Assembly (NCBI RefSeq): GCF_006345805.1
Contig: NC_042999.1
Span: 124,000,001-124,064,000, forward strand
Direction of reading: 5' to 3'
DNA from: Octopus sinensis
Lineage: Eukaryota
Length of the DNA: 64,000 bases
Both the position numbers and the translations under genes were made by a program. The notes beneath the pieces are model-generated. The model was not told the DNA's origin. It saw nothing but the letters and a program-made list of their open reading frames with translations, and searched no databases. Positions 39,667 through 53,094 of the stretch are shown here, in pieces (within the stretch, counting starts at the first letter, position 1; every line of letters starts with the position of its first letter).

Positions 39667-40350
39667 AGCAAAGAATTTTCTACACACATTATTTGGTAAT
39701 GGTCGTCTTGGAATAATTTTCTCTACACCAGATTTTACAACAATCTTCGAAAAGGAATATTTATGTTAGGAACAGACCTAACCTACTTTACATGGTCAAA
39801 ACGAGTAGCTTGTTTGACAGCCACCAACTCTCATTATGTTTCCATGCAGTCAAATGGGATTTTCTACAACAGAACAGAACAGGAAATGCATAAAACATAC
39901 TTACACATATATAAAAGGAAATGCAGAGAAAATTGATGTAAGCATGCTAACGGCTACACATATTTTATAGAAGTTTAAGAGGTTATAATAGTTGGTTCAT
40001 AATGCTTGATCACCATGATAGATGTATGACATATAATAAGAGATACAGTATTAATGCATTGTTTCCGGCTCTGAGTGGATTTTTGTTAGCTGTTGTAAGT
40101 AGAAGCATTTTTCATTTTCTCACCAAGGCCATTGTGAATGCTGTCAATAACAACATTCTTTAAATCTCATTTAAACGTATACCACTTTCCTTTTACGCCA
40201 CTTACAACGTTATGCTTTCTAATTTATCTGCATTATTATCTCAGAAAAAGACCATCCATTAGCCAAATGCTTATGTCATACTGTATAATAGAGCATTCCC
40301 GAAGTATTATACATACTCTGGACATGCATATCATAACATTTTTCAAATTT
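39667..40350 (-). CDS. Candidate small exons of an unidentified gene (40317-40350, 40206-40227, 39792-39863, plus one ending at 39667)
   Basis: Acceptors ttgtattcag, atgcag, ttctgttgtag; donors gtatgt, gtaagt, gtaaag, gtatgt. The first three join as KFEKCYDMHVQNKLESITLKSHLTAWKHNESWWLSNKLLVLT; the acceptor and frame of the last exon are ambiguous. Confidence 0.3.
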
Positions 40351-40604
40351 CTGAATACAAATAAGATCTATAACCTATGTGTTTTCTCGTGTTCAGTTTG
40401 ACTCTATTATTGACTATATCTTCATGTTTTATTCTGTGTATCTTGATATAATGACAGGACAAAATAAAAATTCGTAATGTGATGATTCTTCAATGTAGAG
40501 CTCAAAGCTTCTCTGATTTTTTACAACTATTTTTCATGAAAATGCTAATGGCATTGTTTCTCTCTGTTGCTTGTATATACATCAAGGGGAACCAGATTAT
40601 ATAC

Positions 40605-42250
40605 ATACATATATATTTTTCTTGTTTCAATCACCAAATTGCAGTCATGCTGGAGCACTGTCTTCAGCTTTTAGTCAAATGAATCAAACCCAGTATTTAT
40701 TTTTTTTAATGTGTGGCACTTATACTATCGGTCTTTTTTTGCCAAACAGCCAAGTTAGAGGGATATAAACACATCAACACTAATTGTAAAGTGGTGATGG
40801 GGTACAAACACAGACACACACACGTACACACATACACACACACACATGCACACATACATACATATGCATTGGGTTTCTTCAGTTTCTGTCTATCATATCC
40901 ATTTACAAGGCTTTGGTCAACTTGGGGTTATAGTAAAAGACTTGCCTAAGGTGCCACACAGTGGACTGAACATGGAACCATGTGGTTGGGACACAAGCTT
41001 CTAACCACATAGCCATGCAGCCCACAGATGGGTTGATGAACTTCCTCACTCATTCCATTTTAGGCATGTTATTTTCTTAATAACTTGATCCTCACAAGGT
41101 ACATTTTCTCATTGCGCCAGCATTAGAGAGGTAGTCTCATTCCCAGCAAGATGAAAGAGTCCTCTGTATCTTAGGTTATCCCCTTTCATGCATTCATGAA
41201 TACCAGAGGTTTGTTTCCTCCAAGATACAGTAAAGAGTTTTCCTTTCTTCTTTGCATTGTTTCCATATATCCATTTCTTTCTTTCCCGCACATGTAGCTG
41301 GGAAGAGACACAGAACAAATGGGTAGTAGAAGATAAAAAGAAGAGGAAAACTGAAGTGATAGAAGCAAGAGGACTTAGAAGATAGGGAAACAGATGAAGA
41401 GAGGAATACACAGTTAGATAAGATTGTTGACAAGGAGATTGAATAAAAAGAGTATGAACAATGCAATGGAGGAGAGAGAGTGACAAAAGGGTGCAGTGTG
41501 ATAGAAGACAGATATTAAAAGTGCAAGACTGGGATGTGGGGGAGAGTGCAATGAGAAAGTTTATGGAGGTCAAAATATAGCAGAAATGAAGCATGTACAT
41601 GTGCGCATGTACACACACACACACAATGGGCTTCTGCAGAGTTCTTGTTTCTAAATTCTACACAAAAGTCACTGGTCAAACTGAAACTATTATAGAAGTC
41701 ACTTTAGCCCACGTAATACACACATACACACACACATGTATATATGAATGTGTGTATGTATGTATGTATGTATGTATGTATGTATGTATGTATGTATGTA
41801 TGTATGTATGTATGCATGCATGCATGTATGTATGTATGTATGTATGTATGTATGTATGTATGCATGCATGTATGTATGTAGGTGTGGCTGTGTGATAAGA
41901 AGCTTGCTTCCCAACCACTATGTGGCACCATAGGTAAGTGTCTTCTACTATAGCCTCAGGCTGACAAAAGCCTTGTAAGTGGATTTGGTAGATAGAGACT
42001 GAAAGAAGTCCATCGTATATGTGTGTGCGCATGTGTGTGTGTGCATTTGTGTGTGTCTGTATTTGTCTCCTACTATCACTTGATGTCCGATGTTGGTGTG
42101 TTTGCATCACTGCAACTTAGCAGTTCAGCAAAAGAGACCAATAGAACAAGTACTAGGCTTACAAAGATTAAGTTCTGGGGTTGAATTGCTCAACAAAAGG
42201 TGTGCTCCAGCATGGTCACAGACAAATGACTAAAATAAAAGAATAGAGGA
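40605..42250. mobile_element. Family A SINEs at about 40605-41015 (minus) and 41880-42250 (plus), with (ATGT)n at 41750-41880
   Basis: Homology to the 3638 copy. Confidence 0.75.
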
Positions 42251-42751
42251 ATAAAAGAATGTATGTATGTACGTATGTATATGTGTGTGTGTGTGTGTGT
42301 ACACAGATAGAGTGATATCTACATATATATATGTACATGTCTATATACAGATATCTAATGGCAACACACACACATGTATATATGCACATGTACCCATGCA
42401 CACACACACACACACACTCTCTCTCTTGCTCTCACACACACACATACACACACATACACACACATACACACACATATATACTGCTATTAAATGCAATCAG
42501 ATTTCTATGAATCAGGGGGAAAAATGAAATCTTGATATAATTTATAATTTAATGCACCTTTTCCATCATAAAATAGAGAAGTCAGCTTTAACACTAGCAA
42601 GCATATTGTTTTCAAGCATTTATGCACTACATACATATGCACTGCATACATATGCACTGCATACATATGCACTGCATACATATGCACTACATGTTCGCAT
42701 TGGAGCAGTAATTACTTTAACATGCATCAACTAATATTTCCAACACTTAAC

Positions 42752-43830
42752 CATTTTCTTAGCCCACTTGAATTCAGTCTCTCCTGTATATTTCCATCAT
42801 CCGTACAACAAATTATACTCAGGTGGTTCCTGTATAATTCTTGAATATACTTTACTACTACTACTACAACTACTATTACTATTGTGTATAATTCACTGTC
42901 AAAATATGATCTAGTATTGCTGAGATATGCTTCATACTTTAATCTTCTTTCACACGCTTTATACTATACCCAACTCACCGTTCTGATTCTGTTCCATTCC
43001 TAATATTAACTAGTTGACGTAAGATAAGAAAAGTTATCAATTATTTCTAGTGGATCTATTGACTTTAGTCATAAGTTGCTTGCATCAGTGCACATAATGT
43101 ACTAAAAGTATTGACTTTTCATCTAATTACATAAGATCCCACAAAGATTATTTTACAACCAATGCACACCAGTGCGACTCTCCTTAAGTCACACTACATA
43201 CTGATTCTAGTTACTTCCTGAAATAACCAATGAAACAATGACCTGGGGTAAAAGTCCTACTCAAGAGCTGCCTACCAGAATTTTTATTCCTTTAAAAAGT
43301 CTCAAGCGAGTAGTAAGGACTGAAATGACAGCGCTAGATTATAATAGGTTAAATACAAATTATTCTAATTTCCCAAACAGCTAAAAGAAAAGATATCACA
43401 GTAAGATTGCATGAGAAATTATATGTAGCTTTATGAAACTAATAATGGAAAGATCTTGATTTTGTACAATTACTCAGATGAGGTAAACCTGAAATTTGAT
43501 TAACATTCTAGTTTTATTAAGAAAACAATTTTCCTTTCAATTTTATTTCCCAGTTTTTTTGTTTTGCCATCAAGTTTACATATTTTTTAAACATGTATTT
43601 TTATTGTTGGTAAATAGCATCAGTCAGATTTGAACCTTTCATTTCCACATCAGTCAGCTCTAAGACTATACAACACCACAATAATGTGGGCAGAATTTGA
43701 AACATAGTATGCTGTTGCTCATTTTGTTCTTAATTTCTTTTTTACTTCTTGGTCAATGAAAGAAGAGTAAACCCCATATTTTTTCATGCGTTCCCCCTCC
43801 ATACTAATGGAAGGAAGGGAGAAAGTTACC
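42752..43830 (-). CDS. Candidate micro-exon cluster: 43805-43830, 43636-43659, 43474-43488, 43276-43319, 43202-43217, 42979-43009, 42752-42829
   Basis: GT-AG boundaries (three consecutive tttcag acceptors; donors gtatgg, gttcaa, gtaatt, gtaggc, gtatgt, gtgagt, gttaag). Joins without stops: VTFSLPSIKLTDVEMKGLPHLILTTRLRLFKGIKILEVTRIINIRNGTESERNHLSIICCTDDGNIQERLNSSGLRK. Region lacks recognisable repeats; product not recognised. Confidence 0.45.
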
Positions 43831-44199
43831 CTAAAAATCAGAGACCTGGCCCAAATACTTGCAACATAGAGAACTCTCCTAAAGATACGCAAGGATTGGG
43901 CAATCTAATGATGCAGTATCAGCTGTAGTGGGAATAGTCAAGGTGGACTTTGTCAGCTCATCACAGACATTATTATATTAGAGTATTTTAGAGATGATTA
44001 ACAACCTACCACAAAGTTTGATTCTAGTAAAGCAATTAAAATTGTAGATGTTTTAGTTTGTACAAATATTTTGTGTTCAGTTTTAATTGGGAGACTTTGA
44101 CATTTATTTTCAATAAAAGTATCAGTCATGTTCTGGGGTTAATATAATTGAGTATGTCCTCTCTCAGAGTATAAAGTTTTATGGCCATGTTAGGAATCA

Positions 44200-44560
44200 T
44201 CATCATCATCTTTTAACATCCTTTTTCCATGCTGGTATGGCTTGGATGATCTGGCCAGGAAGAAAAGCTTTGGCAAGCAGGAGAGCTGCACCAGGTTCCA
44301 GTCTGATTTGGCCTGGTTTCTATAGCTGGATGCCCTTCCTAATGTCAACCGCTTTACAGAGTGTGCTGGGTGCTTTTAAAATGGCACTGGTATGAGAACT
44401 TCGTGCTGACACAAGAGCTTTTACATGGCACCCACACAGGGCTCTCACAGGCTAATCCTCTTCATCAAGGAGAGTGGCATTAACACTTCTGCTTTGGAAG
44501 ATGGGGTCTTCTTGAGTATAGCAATGCGCCAATGTTTTTATTTCAGTAAATGACTTATAT
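44200..44560 (-). mobile_element. RTE LINE 3' fragment
   Basis: (CAT)n tail and GCTGGATGCCCTTCCTAA motif. Confidence 0.65.
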
Positions 44561-45384
44561 GCTTAGTGTCTAAAGAACAAAGAGTGCTCATGATGTCTAA
44601 CTAAGTGGGGCTGTGGCAAAGTGTCTGGGTGTTCTAGGATAAATGTAGGACTAGGATAATCCACATAATGCTTATAAACTAATTACATGATTTTTTCTAT
44701 TTTGCTCAATTCCTAAGTGATGCTTAACTATTAATGTGGGTGGTGTGTGAATGGTGTATGTGTAACTGGAATGTTATAGGATGTTATGGAATGTAAGGCA
44801 AGGTTACAAAAAAGAAATACCAATCACAGAATTCTGAAGTACTGCAGAGAATGCATGGGATTAGTTTTTGTAATACTGTTAATCTGTTCAAGTGCTGCTA
44901 GAACTTTAATTTGCAAATGTATTGTTGGAATTCTATATGGCTATAACCTAAGTGTAATAAGATGAGACTTTAATGTTATTCAAATAAAAATGCTGTCTCC
45001 TGCTGAAGGGAGAGATAATGTGCTGAGAATTTAAAGGGAATGGGCTGCAGGGATAAATTAGGCTTTGAGTGGATGCTATTAAGGGAGTTACAGATGGTGC
45101 AAGTTTTACTGCTGTATACATATAATATAGACTTAAGTCTCTAGGAAAATAGCAAAACAGACAAAATGCATAGTTGAATCTGTATAATATAGAGTAGTGT
45201 ACTCCTCAAAAAAATTTCATATGTATATATATATATAATTAAAGTGGAAATCCTGATTTAAGCTTAAAATTTAAAGATAGAAACCTTCACAATAAAGGCA
45301 ATATGAATGCTGATTGAAAACAAAAATTAAATTATGTTTGATAAACATTCAAGCATTTGTGTTATATATGTTTTGCTATACTAG

Positions 45385-45462
<78 letters not shown>

Positions 45463-45464
<2 letters not shown>

Positions 45465-45878
45465 ACCACCGTACATGTCTCTATGAGAGATTTAGAAATT
45501 CAATATTTCTTATTTTGATAATCAGTGAATAAACTTCACTGAGTATACATATATACAATTATGAAGTCGAGGCAAATATCATCAGCCGACCGGTGTCTGC
45601 TACTCTAGGCCGATGAAGGACAATGATCCTGAAACACAGTGTCCCTAGATGCGGTTCCGGCGGTTGGGGGTGTTTGTCTCCCCTTCGTATATGTATATAA
45701 GGACACAGGGAAAAAATGTATCGAAGCTGTCAGGAGGTGTTCGATGCCTCCTAGGGCTATACAACGGTGGTGTACCCCCTACTGTCACGTTCTTGTTAGA
45801 TTGACAGTATACAACCATTCTATCGCCCCACCACCGTACATGTCTCTACGAGAGATTTAGAAATTCAATATTTCTTAT
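45463..45878 (+). mobile_element. Retrozyme-like element: 365-bp unit with 51-bp terminal direct repeats and an internal hammerhead
   Basis: 45463-45513 and 45828-45878 match with one substitution, TA repeats on both flanks, no credible ORF, hammerhead fold at 45604-45649. Confidence 0.7.
45604..45649 (+). ncRNA. Minimal type I hammerhead-like fold with U4C core (CCGAUGA) and GUC cleavage triplet
   Basis: Stem I TCTAGG/CCTAGA, core CCGATGA, stem II AGGA caatga TCCT, GAA, stem III ACA cag TGT, C17 = 45643. Confidence 0.7.
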
Positions 45879-46446
45879 ATATATATCAAAGAACACAAAT
45901 GGTGGTTAAAATTTATGACAGCTGTTTCAGTAGAATTTTATTAATGTATTTATAGATTACATCATAACATATAACCCCCCATTTTCAGCTAAAATTCTAA
46001 ACTGGTATGCCACACCTGTATCTCCAGAGATTTAAACTGGATTTGGTGGACAGTAAGTAGAGATGGCTAAATAAAACAGGAGACACCATTAAGAAAAACA
46101 AATCCAGTACTTACGGGAAATATACCTCTTGGTGTTAATTCTGACTCTGTTGCTAATATGTATTTTTTAATCCATTGTCAAAACCAATGAAGGTCGAAGT
46201 CATGTAATCTGGTGGTCTTGGAACTGAACATGGTGGGGATTTATTTCACTGCTAGCATTATAAATAAGAGTGCATTTTGCACCAAAATTCAATATGATAG
46301 TTTCTTTTATAGTATCTACTGTGGTATAGTTTGTTCTAAAAGAACATATACATTAAAGTGGGGATAAAAATATCACACTCTCGATATTGGAAATATTGCC
46401 CCAATATTTTTCTTTCTCAAAGGTCTAGGCCCTAAGAGGAATAACA

Positions 46447-49433
46447 ATGGCTTCAAGAAAGTACTCAAGCAGATGCCAGAAACTAAAAATTAAGGAAAAG
46501 CAATCCAATGAAATTTCTAAATGTCAAAAACTATCAAACTATTTTACAATGTCAAGTAAATGTTTGTCAAACCTGCAACTGAAACAAGCCAAGCAAATGA
46601 AATCAGAGATAGTGCACAAACCACGAGTACTCTGTTTAGTAATAATCAACCTACTGCTGACACTTTTGATGCAGATGATGATCAGTGGTTAAGAACTTCA
46701 AGAAAAGAGAGAGCAGAAAAAGGCTACAGGAAGCAAATTTAGTGATTTCAAAGAATACAGTGACTTGGCTAACAAGTGATAATAATTTCATACAAAACTG
46801 TTTAATGCAAAACATCAGTTTTCTTTTTAAAATAAAAGTTAAAAAAAAACCCCAGATAATGTCTATACTGAATTCAACAATATTTACTAACAGCAAAATC
46901 GAGGTTTCCCAAACAAGTACTTTGAAAAAAAGATTGAAAAATGGTCAGACTGTGATGAGATCCTGGTTAGTTTACTCAAAGAGCAAACTCTTTTCTAAAT
47001 GCCAAATATCACTTACAATGGGTGGGTTTTCTGATTGGATGAATATATGCAGAACTCTAGAAAATCATGAAGACATATGGAACATAACAGGACGATGTTG
47101 AGCTGACTAACACAAAAATCAAATAAAACACTGTGGATCAGCAACTTGAGGAACAGTTGAGAAAAAACATGCAGCACTATTTTGAAGTACTAAAAAGAGT
47201 TGTAGCAGTTATAAAGCTTTTAAGTGAAAGAGGTTTAGCATTTAGAGGTCATGAGGAAAAGTGGGGCTCCCCAAACCATGGAAATTTCATGGGGGTTATT
47301 GAGCTTATTGTGGAGTTTGACCCATTTTTACTTGAATATTCAGAGAAATGTACAAATCCAAATCCATGTATAAAGAATTGATTGAAATCATGTGAAAGAT
47401 GAAGCGGTGAATCAGATCAAATACCTAGACACCAAATACTACTCAACTATTGTTGACTCTACACCTGACGGGACAAATGTTGACCAGCTGGTAATTGTGA
47501 TTTGATACTGTTATAATGGAAAGCCCTATAAGAGATTTTTAGCATTTTTGCCAATAGAAAACCATTCATCCACGATCTTGTTCAACAAAATAACTCACTT
47601 TCTGGGGGAGCATAAGCTTTTACTTGAAAATGTCCATTGCCAATTGTAGAATAATGCTTCCAACATGAAGGGCTCAGAGATAGAGCTACAAGCACTTCTT
47701 AAAAACATTAACAGGTACACAAACTGTGTACCATGTGCAAGCCATTCACTCAACCTTGTTGGAGAAAAGGCAGTGTCTATTGTACCTGAAGTTATTGATT
47801 ATTTCGATATCTTGCAGCAGCTGTATGTTTTCTTTTCTGAATCTCCTCAAAGATGTGGGATTTTAAACATACAGGGCAATCTAGTCTTTACTTTAAAGAG
47901 CACAAGTATAACTAGATGGTCTGGACACCATGAAGCAGTCCAAGCAATTAAAAATGGTTATAGGGATATTTTACAAACTCTCAAATATATGTTTGAAGAG
48001 TCAGAAGAGAAGCCTGAATGTAAGTGAGATGCAAAGAATTTATACCACGAGTTGGTAAAATTGGAACATGCTGTTTTAACAGTCATTTGGGAAGTAGTTA
48101 TGAATTGCTTTAACAAAACAAGTAAGAAACTCCAAACCCTTGGTTTTGATTTAATTGAAGGTTACCTTCTGCTAGCAACTTTGCTTTCATTTGTTAAAGA
48201 ACTACAAGAAAATTCAGCCGACAGGATTGAACACTATGAATCAGTAGCAAAATGTTTATGTGAATACATCACCTCACATTATTCTGATGTTTCCAAATGC
48301 ATTGTTACAAAGAAATTTGCAGATGGAACAAGTGATAGAGCTTCTTTGAAAGGGACTGAAAAATTTAGGATAGAAGTTCTAAATCAAGTCTATGACTGCT
48401 TGATAACCCGGATAAGGAAGAGGATGAACCCATATGAACAGATTGCGACAAGGTTCAAGTTTCTTTCAGAACTGATGAACAATTCAGAATATGATGAAGA
48501 CAGTATCAAACTTATAATATTGCATTACAAAGATGATATTGACCACAAATTGATAAAAGAGTGTTATCAGTTCAAAGAGGAAATCTTGAAAGATTAGGAA
48601 ATCTTGAAAGACAGAAGAAAACACACCATCTAGAATACAACGCACTGAAGTTCTTCAGCTTATTTATGAGCAACAATTAATTGAAGTGTTTCCTAATACT
48701 ACCACTGCACTTAAGCTGTACTTGACAATGCCTGTTATGAACTGTGAATAAGAAAGGAATTTCTCAAAGCTTTTCTTCATAAAGAATAAATTTCAATCTA
48801 CCATGACAGAATAGTGCTTAAATTCTTTATGCATATTGTCTCTAGAAAATGACATTGCAAGGAAGCTCACATATGACAAAACTGTAAGGGAATACGTTGC
48901 TACAAAAAAACAGAAAAGAGAGTATTTTGTATCATATGTATCTTAGATATAAGATTAATATTAGATTATATTAACTGATATTTGTTATGTTTTATGTCTT
49001 TATTCTATGATGCATCATGCATGTATATAACATTTCCCTAATTTTCAATCCCCATAACTCTAAAAGAATAAGGCATAGCCTGGAAAATATTTGTTCACAC
49101 TAGTGACATTGCGTATCACAATCTGAAATGTAGTGCTTAAATTTGTAAAGCAAATTGTGGTGATGTACCAAGGAACAATGATATCGACAAAGATATTGGT
49201 GATTACCCACACCACGTTTTTGATGGAAAGAGGGCTCACTGTCAGACTCATTTTTAAGGACTCTACATCACCACTCCACCAATTGGGCTATCAGAGCCTC
49301 TTGGATGGAATTCCTTGCAAGGCCACGAAAATTCTTTGACCCTTGCCGGATGTTACCCTACTGTTGCTGGTTGCAAAGGGGGGCCCTATAACATTTGAAG
49401 CTTCAGGGCCCCAATATTGTAGATCCACTACTG
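46447..49433 (+). mobile_element. hAT DNA transposon (ZMYM1/Tip100-like transposase), decayed
   Basis: GLAFRGHEE...NHGNF, IVDSTPD, NASNMKG, CASHSLNLVG, SITRWS and a C-terminal FPN...LTMPV...ERNFSKL block. Many stops and frameshifts. 3' end GGGCCCC...TAGATCCACTACTG; no matching 5' TIR found. Confidence 0.9.
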
Positions 49434-49974
49434 CCTAATTGTAGAAAAGAATACTTTTAAATTGAAGAAAAGTATAAGAGGATGAGAACTATTTTGTTTT
49501 CTCCTCTATCAATAGTTTTCACAGTAGCACCTTATCCCAAGTAAAATCATATACTTTTGTTTTTGTCTAGTGTGGGACATGAACAAAAAGCAATATGAAA
49601 TTAGATTTGGTGGGAATTATGCCAATTTAAATAAGGTAAGTGATAATGTATTCTTGTTTTTCTCTTAATTTAATTTTTATATCATACAGAAAATTATTTT
49701 TACAGCTTGGTAAAAGTATGAAAGAAAAATAAAGCAAAAACAAAAAAGATAATTTTAATCGAGAAATGTACAATGTAGAGGTTGGCTGTTGAAAGTTTTT
49801 GTCTTGTTTTATTTTAAGTGTGAATTTCAAATGTTTTAGAATAAGGAATACAATAAAATGACTGACAGTAGCGGACAACAAAAGTATTTTGGAGGTGGTT
49901 GCTGTTTTAGGGGTGAGTGTCAATGTTCAAAATACATGAATTTAAGTATTTTCTTCCTCTAGCAACTTTATGTT

Positions 49975-50305
49975 TCATTTGTGGCACTCCGTCAGTTATG
50001 ATGATGAAGGTTCCAGCTGATCTGATCAAAAGAACAGCCTGCTCATGAAATAAAACATGCAAGTGGCTGAGCACTCCATAGACACATGTAGCCTTAACGT
50101 AGTTCTCAGGAAGATTCTGCATGACACAGAATGTGACAAGGCTGGCACTTTGAAAGATGGGTGTTACTCACTTTTGCTGGCTGAGTGGACTGGAGCAATG
50201 TGAAATAAAGTGACTTACTGAAGGACACAACACTGCCTGGAATTGAACACATGACCTTACAATCATAAACCAAATACCCTAGCCACTAAGCCATGCACCT
50301 TCACA
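49975..50305 (-). mobile_element. tRNA-derived SINE, family C
   Basis: Minus-strand head GTGAAGGTGCATGGCTTAGTGGCTAGGG...GTTCAATTCC and body CTCCAGTCCACTCAGC. Homologues near 8950, 10015, 13945, 59985 and 63900. Confidence 0.8.
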
Positions 50306-50603
50306 TGTTTCATAATATGGAATGTACTAACAAGAGGAGAAAAACCTTTTCTAATACTGATAAGCGTCATGGAGGTACGAGGTGGAGAAAAGAAGATAGT
50401 GACATTTTTAAAAAATCATAGATTTAAAAATGTTTTTAAGAAAAAACCTCCCCCACATCATTTTGTAATGAATAGGGGGAAAATATGGAAAAAATCTCAG
50501 CAAAGATGAGAAATCCAGATTATGTAGAACAGCTATTCTGAAAGGCCACTTGTGTGAGCGTGTGTATAGCAAGAGAGAGACTCATGTACATAGATAAATA
50601 TCC

Positions 50604-50642
<39 letters not shown>

Positions 50643-50659
50643 ATATGGCAGATGCTTAC

Positions 50660-50714
50660 CAGCACGCACATAAAAGCTCCTGTACTACTTGTTGCTGGCT
50701 ACCATATATTAATC
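50660..50714 (-). CDS. Candidate 55-nt exon upstream of the micro-exon cluster (LIYGSQQQVVQELLCAC)
   Basis: ctaac branch-like motif, tgttag| acceptor, CTG|gtaagc donor. Only one frame is open and its end phase (2) fits the 43830 exon, giving Trp at the junction. Confidence 0.4.
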
Positions 50715-52879
50715 CTAACATGTCAAGTTAGTTGTATGGAATTGTTACATATGTTCAGTACACTACATGGACTACCTATATATATATATATATATATATA
50801 ATAAAAAAGGGAGGGTTCCCAATGAAGTAAAGCAATAAAAAAGACAGAAAACAAAATAGATTTAAGACATATAAACATAAAAAGAAAATTGCTTGCTATA
50901 TTATTACAGCTTTCCACTGTCAATATCTTAAAGCAGCATTGGATCTTCCCAATTCTGAAAAAGAAACAAAAATAAATCGGTTGACTTTGTCATGAGGATC
51001 AAAAGCTAAAACCAAAGAAAGAACATCTGTCCAATAATTAAAATTAGAAAATTGCACAACAAAGGCATTAGAAAAGATAACAAACCTAAACAATGAAATC
51101 TATTAGAGTTTGAAGAATCTAATCAGAAATGAACTCCAAAGAGCACTATACTAATAACATAGCAAATCTGATTCACTTACAATATTATGTAATATTTAGA
51201 ATCCCTAATGTATTAAATTGTTAGGCATGTCAAATATAACTCATCACTGAAAATGCAATTTAATACAGATAAATGAATAGGAGTTGCAAGACCAACCAAG
51301 CAACAAAGCAGATGAGATTTATGACTGTTGCAGCTGAATGGCCAGCTTGAGATCAAGGGAATGTTGCCGAACAAACAGTTGCTTAGATCGCCCATATAGC
51401 AGATAAAATCTAAAATGTATCCCATTATAATAAAATCATTAAGGGCTTTATAATTGTACAATGCGAAACTTCATACACATTTTAGTTTTGGATTACATTT
51501 TATTGTTTGATACCCTTCCTGGCACCAAACACTATTCCTTGGAGTGGTATGGGTGTATTTATGAAGGAACAATTATTACAATGGTTGTTCACCAAAATTC
51601 AAAGCACTCTCAATCCCCTTTGTATATGTTATATGAAATAGTTTTATGAGTGAATGTTTAAAAGTGCTATGACTGCTTAAAGTCAGCAAAGCAAGACTGT
51701 ATTGATATGAAGTCTATAGATCTAAATTCTATATGAATCAAAGGATCATGACTGATGTGATTGATTCTCAAGGCTAAAGAATAGAAGTTGTAGTATTGTT
51801 AAAGCATGATCTAATATTTGAATGCATCAATCAGCTAGGGATCAATAGAAAGTGCATATAAAGAAGAGGCTCTGTTGTAAATCTGCTGCTCAAAATTAAA
51901 GGTACATCCAGTGCAAATGTTACTAAGTCCTTAATATAGAAGGATAAAAAGAACCAACGATATGAGCAGAACTATGAACACACTTATACATCATTAGAAG
52001 TGCTCATACTATTTTTTGAGAAATATTCAGTTATGTAAAATTTATATAGTGATTTTCAGTGGTCTTCCAACTATTAATACAGTATAGTGTGCATAACTCT
52101 GAGTATATTTTTGATGATGTCAAAATCTGACCAAGCTGTGTTCATATACAAATAATATCCATATCCAACAGAATTACTTATAACCACTCATTTTTTAATT
52201 AATTACTAAAAGGATGAGAATAGGTGCAAATGTCTTGTGTAAACCCTATCAGATTAATTGATGTTCAGTATCAACTTCTGTAGGTTAATACCATTAGGAA
52301 AATACCTGTGTGTGGAAATAATTTTAAATGATTACAACTCTAGAAAGGAATGATCAGGTATGGTGATTAGTGGAAGCTCTAGAGAGTGAGACACAACAGG
52401 GCTAATGAAAGGAAGATGGATCCATTCAACATAATTCTTCAGAACAGTGATCTCAGAACACTGGACAATGCAAAGAAAATGATTTTGTTCTCTTTGCCTT
52501 TTAGCTATTTCCAGCCAAGGCAATTGCTGTTTGGACACAAAAGAGTTTGTCTTAAACTAGTAGCAACCTTCATGCATGCAGTGAATGATAATAAGTGTTT
52601 CTAACATAAATACAAAGCCTGATATTTGAGGGAATGAGTCAGGTGATAAAATTGACCTATGCTTGACTGGTACTCTATTTTATCAACCTCAGAGAAATGA
52701 AAGGCAAAGCAAGATTTGGACTCAGGAAATTGACAGAATATTTAGTAAACAGTGAACAAAGCCTGCTATAGTATGCTGCTAATGCAGAAGGCTTTACCAA
52801 AAATAGAGTTGAAAGTGCTAATGAATTCTGATCATGTATAACCAACAAGAGAGAAAAAATACTACTCTTCAAGGAACTA

Positions 52880-53035
52880 TAGGGTCAGTACTATCATGAA
52901 GCTAATAACTTTAAAAAAAAGCAGGAAGCATCATGCAACGATGAGCTTAAAAAGAGGACTGAAAGCCTGATCATTGCTACCCAGGACTAGGCTTTGAATA
53001 CCAACTCAATAAAAAGGGACATGTACCATACAAAT
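52880..53035 (+). mobile_element. Short R4/Dong-type fragment
   Basis: Decayed ESLIIATQD*ALNTNSIK corresponds to the FILAAQDQSLLTRN block of the 54.8-kb element. Confidence 0.5.
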
Positions 53036-53094
53036 GCAATGAGCTTCTGTTACCCAGCGTGCTAACAATTCAGCCAGCTCACTTCCTTAGTCAC

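Noticed and set aside
41100-41580. Purine-rich element with a possible hammerhead near 41110-41165
   Set aside because: Could not fit core and stems on either strand; family unidentified.
45900-46446. Search for the 5' TIR and 8-bp TSD (CCTAATTG) of the hAT element
   Set aside because: No CAGTAGTGGATCTA-like end or matching TSD seen; the 5' end appears lost.
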